Assembly (NCBI GenBank): GCA_963756495.1
Contig: CAVWNS010000003.1
Coordinates: 209,393 to 273,392 of the forward strand
Direction of reading: 5' to 3'
DNA length: 64,000 bases
Source: an uncultured Pseudomonadota bacterium
GTDB taxonomy: Bacteria > Pseudomonadota > Alphaproteobacteria > Acetobacterales > Acetobacteraceae
How positions within the stretch are numbered: position 1 is the stretch's first letter; each line of letters begins with the position of its first letter. Under the pieces are notes generated by a model. That model was not told the origin of the DNA and did not search any database. It saw only the letters and a list, made by a program, of their open reading frames with translations. The position numbers and the translations under genes were made by a program. Of this stretch, positions 56,811 through 64,000 are shown in pieces.

Positions 56811-57725
56811 ATGCGCAGCACCGAGCGTGTCAGGAAGATCCTGGACTGGTACGAAGGCGACCCGCCCGGCGTGAAGGCCAATCTCGCCCGCATCCTGATG
56901 CAGGGCCGCCTGGGCGGCACCGGGAAGCTGCTCATCCTGCCGGTCGATCAGGGCTTCGAGCATGGCCCCGCGCGCAGCTTTGCGCCCAACCCGGCGGCCT
57001 ACGACCCGCACTACCATTACCAGCTGGCGATCGAGGTGGGACTGTCGGCCTATGCGGCCCCGCTTGGCATGATCGCCGCCGGCGCCGACACCTTCGCCGG
57101 GGCGATCCCGACCATCCTCAAGCTCAACAGCTCCAACAGCCTGGCCACCAGCAAGGACCAGGCGGTGACGGGCAGCGTCAAGGACGCGCTCCGCCTCGGC
57201 TGCGCGGCGATCGGCTTTACCATCTACCCGGGCAGCGAATACGCGTTCGACCAGATGGAGGAGCTGCGCGCGCTGAGCGAGGAGGCGAAGGCGAGTGGGC
57301 TCGCCGTCGTGGTCTGGAGCTATCCGCGCGGACCGAACCTGAATAAGGAAGCCGAGACGGCGGTCGACATCTGCGCCTATGCCGCGCACATGGCCGCCCT
57401 GATGGGGGCCACCATCATCAAGGTGAAGCCACCGACGGCGCATATCGGGCTGGAGGCCGCGCGCAAGGTTTATGAAACCATCGACGTCTCCACGATGCCC
57501 AAGCGCGTCCAGCACATCATGCAGGCCGCGTTCAACGGCCACCGCGTGGTGGTGTTCTCGGGCGGCGAGGCGAAGGGGCTGGACGCCATCTTCGACGAGA
57601 TCCGCGGCATACGCGATGGCGGCGCCAATGGCAGCATCATCGGGCGCAACACCTTCCAGCGGCCCCAGGCCGAGGCGGTGAAGATGCTGGACAAGATCAT
57701 CGACATCTATCTCGGCAAGGACTGA
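56811..57725 (+). CDS. Class I fructose-bisphosphate aldolase (FbaB/DhnA type)
   Basis: Contains GRLGGTGKLLILPVDQGFEHGP and ATIIKVK (Schiff-base lysine context). 304 aa. Confidence 0.85.
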   Translation: MRSTERVRKILDWYEGDPPGVKANLARILMQGRLGGTGKLLILPVDQGFEHGPARSFAPNPAAYDPHYHYQLAIEVGLSAYAAPLGMIAAGADTFAGAIPTILKLNSSNSLATSKDQAVTGSVKDALRLGCAAIGFTIYPGSEYAFDQMEELRALSEEAKASGLAVVVWSYPRGPNLNKEAETAVDICAYAAHMAALMGATIIKVKPPTAHIGLEAARKVYETIDVSTMPKRVQHIMQAAFNGHRVVVFSGGEAKGLDAIFDEIRGIRDGGANGSIIGRNTFQRPQAEAVKMLDKIIDIYLGKD

Positions 57726-57728
57726 GGC

Positions 57729-58370
57729 ATGGCCGGGCCGGGCGGGACGCGACTTTACCTGATCACCCCGCCCGACCTCGACCTCTCCCGCTTCCCCGAC
57801 CTGCTCGCGGCGGCGCTGGACGCGGGCGACGTGGCCGCGGTGCAGCTTCGCCTGAAGGACGTCGACGACGATGCGTGGCGGCGCGCGATCGACGTGCTGC
57901 GCCCGATGACGCAGGATCGCGGGGTGGCGTTCCTGCTCAACGACCGGGCAGAGCTGGTGCGCGAGACCGGCTGCGACGGAGCCCATGTCGGCCAGACGGA
58001 CATGCCCGCGCCCCAGGCGCGCGCGCTGCTCGGCCCCGACCTGATGCTGGGCGTGACGTGCCATGCAAGCCGGGATCTGGCGCTGCAGGCCGGCGAGGAC
58101 GGGGCGGATTACGTCGCCTTCGGCGCTTTTTATCCCTCCGGTACCAAGGCGGTGACGCATCTCGCCGATCCCGAGATCCTGCGCTGGTGGTCCGACCTGA
58201 TGGAGCTGCCCTGCTGCGCCATCGGCGGCATCACGGCGGCGAACTGCGCCACACTGGTTCAGGCGGGCGCGGATTTCATCGCCGTGGTGGGCGCGGCGTG
58301 GGGCCATCCGGACGGCCCCGCGGCAGGCGTGCGGGCACTGGAAGCGGCGATCCGGCAAGCCTCGGCGTGA
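57729..58370 (+). CDS. thiE: Thiamine-phosphate synthase
   Basis: 213 aa containing RLYLITPP.., VQLRLKD.., [16 protein letters not shown] and AIGGI. Confidence 0.85.
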   Translation: MAGPGGTRLYLITPPDLDLSRFPDLLAAALDAGDVAAVQLRLKDVDDDAWRRAIDVLRPMTQDRGVAFLLNDRAELVRETGCDGAHVGQTDMPAPQARALLGPDLMLGVTCHASRDLALQAGEDGADYVAFGAFYPSGTKAVTHLADPEILRWWSDLMELPCCAIGGITAANCATLVQAGADFIAVVGAAWGHPDGPAAGVRALEAAIRQASA

Positions 58371-58426
58371 GCTTTGCCTGTTTCCCGTGATGGCCTGTCG
58401 GGGCGGGGCCGTGATAGCGTGTTCGC

Positions 58427-59173
58427 ATGGCTCGTCTCAGCGTCAATCTCAACAAGGTCGCCCTGCTGCGGAACGCGCGCCGGACCGGCGTGCCCGACCT
58501 GCTGGGCTTCGCGCAGGCCGCGATCGGGGCAGGCGCAGAGGGCATCACCGTCCACCCCCGGCCCGACGAGCGCCACATCCGCCGCGCGGACGTCCCGGCC
58601 CTTGCCACGTTGCTGGCGCCGATGCGGGACATCGAGCTAAACATTGAAGGCTATCCCGACGCACGGCTGCTGGAGATCGTGCGGGAGACCCGGCCAGCGC
58701 AGTGCACGCTGGTGCCGGACGCGCCGGACGCGTTCACCTCGGAAAAGGGATGGGAACTCGATGTCGCGCAAGCCGCCCTCGCGGAACGCGCCGTGACGAC
58801 ACTGAAGGGGCTCGGCGCGCGGGTGATCCTGTTCATCGATCCGGAGCCGGGCGTGGTGGCGCGCGTCGCGCAGGCGGGGGCGGACGGCATCGAGATCTAC
58901 ACCGGTGCCTATGCCGGGGCGTTCCGGACTGGCGGCGGCCACGACGCGCTGCTGGACGCCTGCGCCGCGACCGCCGAGGCGGCCCGCGCGCACGGGTTGA
59001 TCGTGAACGCCGGCCACGACCTGAACCTGCACAATATCCCGCCGCTGGTGGCGCGGATCGGGTTCCTGGCGGAAGCGTCGATCGGCCACGAGTTGACGGC
59101 CGACGCGCTGATGATGGGCTTTCCCGCTGCGGTCGGCGCCTATGCTGCCGCCCTGCGCGGGGCGGAGAGGTGA
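58427..59173 (+). CDS. pdxJ: Pyridoxine 5'-phosphate synthase
   Basis: Contains MARLSVNLNKVALLRNAR, ITVHPRPDERHI, NIEGYP, NAGHDLN and ASIGHEL. Confidence 0.9.
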   Translation: MARLSVNLNKVALLRNARRTGVPDLLGFAQAAIGAGAEGITVHPRPDERHIRRADVPALATLLAPMRDIELNIEGYPDARLLEIVRETRPAQCTLVPDAPDAFTSEKGWELDVAQAALAERAVTTLKGLGARVILFIDPEPGVVARVAQAGADGIEIYTGAYAGAFRTGGGHDALLDACAATAEAARAHGLIVNAGHDLNLHNIPPLVARIGFLAEASIGHELTADALMMGFPAAVGAYAAALRGAER

Positions 59174-59643
59174 CGGGCGCGCATCGCTACCGCGTGCGGG
59201 TCGAGTGGACCGGGGACCGGGGCGAGGGTACCGCATCCTACCGCGGTTATGGGCGCGACCACCGCATCGTGGTCGCGGGAAAGCCGGACATCCTGGGCTC
59301 CTCCGATCCGCAGTTCCGGGGCGACGCCGATCGCCACAATCCGGAGGAGCTGCTGGTCGCCTCGCTCTCGACCTGCCACATGCTCTGGTATCTGCACCTG
59401 GCCGCCGAAGCGGGCGTGGTGGTGACGGGCTATGCCGATCAGGCCGAGGGGACAATGGTCCTCGATTCCGACGGCGGCGGACGGTTCGCCGCCGTGGAGT
59501 TGCGCCCCGAGGTGACGGTCGCGCCGAGTGCCGACCGCGCGCTCGCCATGGCGCTGCATGAAGCGGCGCACGCGAAATGCTTCATCGCCCGCTCGGTGAA
59601 CTTTCCCGTGACGCATCACCCGGTGCTGCGCGCGGCCGGATAG
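59170..59643 (+). CDS. OsmC family peroxiredoxin-like protein
   Basis: The GTG start overlaps the pdxJ stop (GTGA). Contains NPEELLVASLSTCHMLWYLHLA and AHAKCFIARS. Confidence 0.8.
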   Translation: MTGAHRYRVRVEWTGDRGEGTASYRGYGRDHRIVVAGKPDILGSSDPQFRGDADRHNPEELLVASLSTCHMLWYLHLAAEAGVVVTGYADQAEGTMVLDSDGGGRFAAVELRPEVTVAPSADRALAMALHEAAHAKCFIARSVNFPVTHHPVLRAAG

Positions 59644-59662
59644 GCGGCCGACCGCCCCCGCC

Positions 59663-61039
59663 TCACACGCTAATCGCATCCAGATCCTTCCCCGCGTGAT
59701 CGGGCACGAACAGCCGCACCCCGACCGCCATCAGCAGCATCGCCACCGGAATCAGCAGGAACGAATCCGCGAATGAGCCGGTGCGCTGTTGCAGCGCGAT
59801 CGCGACGAACGGCCACAGCACGAAGCCGACCAGCCATGCGACCGCCCAGGCGAAGCCGTTGCCGACGCCGCGGATGCGGGTGGGGAAGACCTCGGCGGTC
59901 AAGGTCATGGCGGGCGCCCAGAACCCGAGGAAGCCGATGCTCCACAGCAGGCCATAGACCCACAGCTCGATATTGGTCTTGGCGAACACCCAGAGCGTAA
60001 TGAACACCGCGCCTTGGACCAGCATGATGTAGAAGGCCGGGCGGCGGCCGAAGCGGTCGGAGATCCAGCCCGCGCACAGCAGGCCGAGAAAGCCCACCAG
60101 CCCCCAGGCGATGTAGAAGCTGCCATAGGTCACGGTGGACCAGTGCCGCTCCTGCGACAGATAGAGCGGCATCCAGCCGCCGACCGTGCCGTAGATGATG
60201 GTGCTGCAGCACGCGATGAAGGTGGCGACCGCGGTGCTGCGGCGCATGTCGGGCAGGAAGACCTGGCGCAGCGGGACCTTGTGCGTCTTGTCGATCCAGG
60301 CGCGGTCCTCGGCGGCGATTGGCGCGCCGCGCGCCCGGGCCTCCTCGATGCGCCGCTTGCGGTCCTGCGTACGCACCCAGTATGGCGATTCGGGACACTT
60401 GGCGCGGACATAGACGGCCAGCAGCGCCACCACCGCCGGGACCACGCACGCCGCCCGCCAGCCCCAGCGCGCGATGACGACCGTCGCGATCACGCCGGCG
60501 AGCGAGGCGCCGAAACACCATGTTCCCCGGTTGATGCCGATGACGCGGCCGCGCAGATGCGCGGGCCAGGTCTCGGCCACCAGCATGGAGCCCAGCGCCC
60601 ACTCCCCGTTCAGCGCGAAGTTGACGCCGCAGCGGACGGCGACGAACACCGCCCAGGTCTGTGCCGCCGCGACCAGCGGCATCATCGCGGAAAACATCGC
60701 GATGTTGAGCGCAAGCAGGCTCCGCCGCCCGAACCGGTCGGCGAGCCAAGGCCAGACGAACATGCCGGCGATGCCGATCAGCAGCGCGATCTGCCCGCCC
60801 GAGCGATACTGCGGCAGGGTAACGCCGAAATCCTTGATGATCATCGGCGAGGCCAGCGCGAAGATCACGCCGTCCATGCCGTCGAACATCCAGCCGAGCC
60901 CGTTGGCCGCGGCGATGTGCCAGTGCGTCCGCGTCACCCGGGTCCCGTCGCTGGCGGCGCGGAATGCCGGGGATCGCCGATACTGCTCCTCGAGCGGACC
61001 GATGGTCGGATCGCCGGCGATCGCTCCTGCTGCGCTCAT
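59663..61039 (-). CDS. MFS transporter (metabolite:H+ symporter type)
   Basis: GAGGAGGG precedes ATG 61039. 458 aa with 12 TM segments, containing LADRFGRRSLL and ..PAHLRGRVIG... Confidence 0.85.
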   Translation of the reverse strand: MSAAGAIAGDPTIGPLEEQYRRSPAFRAASDGTRVTRTHWHIAAANGLGWMFDGMDGVIFALASPMIIKDFGVTLPQYRSGGQIALLIGIAGMFVWPWLADRFGRRSLLALNIAMFSAMMPLVAAAQTWAVFVAVRCGVNFALNGEWALGSMLVAETWPAHLRGRVIGINRGTWCFGASLAGVIATVVIARWGWRAACVVPAVVALLAVYVRAKCPESPYWVRTQDRKRRIEEARARGAPIAAEDRAWIDKTHKVPLRQVFLPDMRRSTAVATFIACCSTIIYGTVGGWMPLYLSQERHWSTVTYGSFYIAWGLVGFLGLLCAGWISDRFGRRPAFYIMLVQGAVFITLWVFAKTNIELWVYGLLWSIGFLGFWAPAMTLTAEVFPTRIRGVGNGFAWAVAWLVGFVLWPFVAIALQQRTGSFADSFLLIPVAMLLMAVGVRLFVPDHAGKDLDAISV

Positions 61040-61152
61040 GAAATTCCCTCCTCACGGCGCTCTTGCGGCGCCGCTCCCCCAGCTTAGGCTGCTGGGCAGC
61101 GGCGCGGGAAGGTCCTAGCGTCCTGACTGAGCGTCGGACAAAGGAGATTGCA

Positions 61153-62100
61153 GTGGCAGACCGGGTGAACCGAGCGATCGCGCTGCTGGAGCAGGATCAG
61201 GCGGTCTATTACACCGGCGCGCATTCGGGACATGTCCTGACGCGCGCGCAGGGACGCGAGGATGCCGGGACCTGGGCCGACTACATCAATGTCGGCATGG
61301 AGCATGGCGCGTTCGACATGACCGGGCTGGCCGAGTACATGCAGGGCTTGGTGGAGGGCGGCCCGACGCGCTCGGGCCATCGCACGCCGGCGGTGATCGT
61401 CGAGGCCCCGGTGAACGGGACCGACGAGCTGAACGTGCGACACAATGCCTGGCAGTTCCGCCAGATCCTGGGACGCGGCGTGCATGGCGTGCTGCTGTGC
61501 CAGGCCGAGACCGCCGGGGCGGTGCGCGCCTTCGTCGAATCCTGCCGCTATCCGCACCAGGAGACCGGGTTGGACCCCGCCGTGCCGTCACCGGTTTCCC
61601 GCATGGACGGCGCCAGGGAGGCGCAGGCGCGACCGCCAGGCACGCTGGGGCGCGGGATGCGCGGGCGTGGGTCGGAAACAACGGCTGCGCCGATCTGGGG
61701 GCTTTCGCAGACCGCGTATTTCGATCTTTGCGAGCCCTGGCCACTCAACCCACGCGGCGAACTGATGCTGGGGGTGAAGCTCGAAAGCCCCGAAGGGGTC
61801 GCCAATTGCGACGATATCCTGGCGGTACCGGGGCTGGCCTTCGCCGAGTTGGGGCCGGGCGATCTGGGCTTGTCGCTCGGGTATGTCGAGGTGCAGCGCT
61901 TCCCCTACCCGCCTGAGATGGCGCGCGCGCGTGCGCGTATCCTGGCGGCGTGCCGGCGCAACGGGGTGGCCTTCCTGGAAGGCTGCACGCCGGAGACGGT
62001 CGCCGCGCGCATCGACGAGGGCGTGCGCGTCGTCTCCAGCGGGCAGGAGGACACCGCGCGGGCCGGGCGGGCGCACCAGAAGCGGCAAATGGCGGTCTAA
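61153..62100 (+). CDS. HpcH/HpaI aldolase/citrate lyase family protein
   Basis: AAGGAG precedes GTG 61153. 315 aa with ..NVGMEHGAFD.. and ..MLGVKLESPEGV...AFAELGPGDL... Confidence 0.7.
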   Translation: MADRVNRAIALLEQDQAVYYTGAHSGHVLTRAQGREDAGTWADYINVGMEHGAFDMTGLAEYMQGLVEGGPTRSGHRTPAVIVEAPVNGTDELNVRHNAWQFRQILGRGVHGVLLCQAETAGAVRAFVESCRYPHQETGLDPAVPSPVSRMDGAREAQARPPGTLGRGMRGRGSETTAAPIWGLSQTAYFDLCEPWPLNPRGELMLGVKLESPEGVANCDDILAVPGLAFAELGPGDLGLSLGYVEVQRFPYPPEMARARARILAACRRNGVAFLEGCTPETVAARIDEGVRVVSSGQEDTARAGRAHQKRQMAV

Positions 62101-63423
62101 CGGCCCACCCTCGCCACGCCGATCGGCTTGCGACGCCTCACCCTCTCCACGGTGGCCGGCGCCGGGCCGCCGTGCCCTGTCAAGACGGGAGCAGCGACGA
62201 ACCAACTGAGCGCCAGGCATTGCGGCGCGAGATTGAGGGCGAAGGCGACCCCATACGCGACAGCCGGGGAATGCCCGGCGGCATCCTCGCTCCAGAGCCC
62301 GACCACCACGCCGATGCCGCTCTGGATCGCGAAGGCGCCGCCGATGTGCAGTACGTTGAGCGCGCTGTTGGCACGTCCCGCCATCTCCTTCGGGAACACC
62401 TCCGCGAGCAGGGCATAGCTCAGCACCGTGGCGCTCCCGGCCACTGCGAGGACGAGCCAGGGTAGCAGCGGCGGCACGGGCAGGCGCAAGATGAGCGCGG
62501 CCTGGGCGGCGATCGAGAGCGCGGCCACCATGGCCAGCGCCTCGCCGGCCGTACGCCGCGGCGGCGCAGCCAGTCGGCGACAATTCCCAAGCCGAGCGCG
62601 CCGGCGCAGAGCGCGAGCGCCATGGCGAACAGGTCGCCGACCACGCCCTGCCCCGGGAGGCGCGCCACGTCGCCCAGCCACGGGGGCGCCCACAGTCCCT
62701 GCATGGCGAAGGACGTGCCGATGCAACCCGTCGAGAGCGGGGCGAGGCGCCAGAAACGGCGGTCCCCGGAGATGTCGAGCAGCCCTGCTCTCGGCTCGGG
62801 CCCGGCGGCTGGGGCGCTCCCGCGGCGCTGCGGGACAGCGAGGACGATCAAGGCCGCACTGCCGGCGGCGGCGAGCGCGAGCAGCGCGAACAGGGCGCGC
62901 CAGTCCGCGACCCGAAGCAGCATCTCGGCCGGGGCGGTGGCCGTGACGGCCCCGAGCGCGCCCAACATGATGAGCACGCCATTGGCCAGCGAAAGGCGCT
63001 CCCGGGGAAACCAGAGCGTCACCGCCTTTAGCCCGGCCATCAGCGCGGCCGCCGAGCCGATGCCGATCAGTGCACGGCCGAGTGCCAACAGCGCGAGGCT
63101 GTGCGCGAGCGCAAACAGCCCGGCGCCCCCCGCCGCCAGCGGGAGCAGGACGGCCTGTACCCGGCGCGGCCCGTAGCGGTCCAGCGCCACGCCCAGGGGA
63201 GCTGGGCGACGGCGAAGGTGAAGAAGTAGGCCGAGGTCAGCAGCCCCAGGTCCGCCGGCACGAGATGCAGTTCCGCGATCATGCGGCCCGAGATCAGGGC
63301 GCTGATGGTGCGAAACAGGTAGGAGAGGTAATAGCCCGACGCGAACGGCACCAACACACACAGGGTCGCGCGTCGGAACGACATCGGACGGCTTGCGTCG
63401 CGCCCTGGTTCGGCTTCGACCAT
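62097..63423 (-). pseudogene. MFS transporter, two frameshifts
   Basis: Three colinear fragments are present. The G4 run at 63196-63199 is one base short (..AQLP|LGVALDRYGPRR..). A further one-base gap lies at about 62552-62556 (..WLRRRGV|TAGEALAMV..). Confidence 0.7.
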
Positions 63424-63452
63424 GATCTTGTTCCCTCCTGGTCCCTTGCGGA

Positions 63453-64000
63453 TCAGCCGTTGAAGGGTTGGGACAGCAGCGGTACCAGGACGCCGCCGGC
63501 GAATCCGGCCAACCCCATTGCCAGCCCCGAAAAGGCGCCTGCCTCGGGGCTCTCGGCGAGCATCCGCGCCGTCCCGATGCCGTGCGCCGTCACGCCGGTC
63601 GCGAGACCCCGCGCGCGGGGATCGCGCACGCCGGCCAAGTCGAGCACCCGCACGCAGATCACGGCGCCGCTGATCGCGGTGAGCACGGTCAGAGCCGCGG
63701 CAAGCTGCGGATCGCCGCCGATCTCTTTCGCCACGCCCATCGAGATCGCCGCGGTGATGGACTTGGTCGCGATGGAGCGCAGCAGCAGCGACGGCGCCCC
63801 GAGCGTCGCGGCGATCGCCACGGCCGAGACCGCCGCCACCGCGCTGTCCGTCAGCACCCGAGCATCACCGGCATGATCGCCTGCCGGATTCGCGACGCGC
63901 TGCGATAGAGCGGCAGGGCCAGGGCCACGGTCGCCGGGCCGAGCAGCAGATCGAGCGGCCGCACGGCAGTCATATAGGCCGCCCCGGATGTGCCGGTCAG
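63453..64000 (-). pseudogene. LrgB/CidB family membrane protein, partial (continues beyond the window), one frameshift
   Basis: ..LLLGPATVALALPLYRSASRIRQAIMPVMLG runs into TGA. The sequence continues as VLTDSAVAAVSAVAIAATLG... if the C3 run at 63857-63859 is read as C4. Confidence 0.65.

Noticed and set aside
57700-57730. THI-box (TPP riboswitch) in front of thiE
   Set aside because: thiE starts 4 nt after the aldolase stop, so there is no leader in which a riboswitch could sit.

Overview
This is a high-GC chromosomal segment (roughly two-thirds G+C by eye, not computed). Gene content and synteny suggest an alphaproteobacterium, probably Acetobacteraceae/Rhodospirillales-like; that assignment is an inference.

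Contents, left to right:
- exopolysaccharide-type genes: the tail of a GHMP kinase and a PEP-CTERM/EpsH1-type GT4 glycosyltransferase
- general-stress-type genes: a DUF892 ferritin-like protein, and a tandem-DUF4142 protein behind a canonical EcfG GGAAC-N16-CGTT promoter
- a HisD paralogue preceded by a decayed DUF4214/RTX-like gene
- small redox/detox genes: SDRs, SRPBCC, VOC, a CGNR zinc-finger regulator and a P450
- a soluble globin-coupled chemoreceptor
- a lower-GC islet of small envelope proteins plus a NOX/FRE-type flavocytochrome
- a 3-hydroxybutyrate module: a broken GntP permease plus bdhA
- an AI-2E transporter and a membrane metallophosphoesterase
- a decayed AraC gene
- an eight-gene Mbh-like Mrp/Mnh antiporter cluster
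- an RND efflux pair
- two unrelated IS630-family elements
- a patatin-like lipase plus an intact GntP paralogue
- a TPP enzyme with an SDR, and metY
- the conserved block yebC-(mrr insertion)-ruvCAB-ybgC-tolQRAB
- a YmdB-like phosphoesterase, 5-formyl-THF cyclo-ligase, a 6S RNA candidate and zapA
- class I aldolase, thiE, pdxJ, OsmC, two MFS transporters, an HpcH aldolase and an LrgB fragment

I recognised no rRNA, tRNA or CRISPR array.

The dominant oddity is at least about 35 single-base frameshifts. They are very unevenly distributed: about 20 fall in the Mrp cluster, 3 in ruvB and 2 in tolR, while none fall in about 12 kb at 33-45 kb or about 9 kb at 53-62 kb. From the sequence alone I cannot tell real gene decay from indel errors in the assembly.

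I did not find a convincing new multi-gene defence system. The most interesting candidates are:
- the NOX-like flavocytochrome islet
- a micro-ORF antisense to the metY 3' region
- a neutral IS630 insertion into a CTAG shared by two convergent stop codons
- an mrr insertion into the yebC-ruvC junction

All coordinates and joins were worked out by hand translation. No database search was run.
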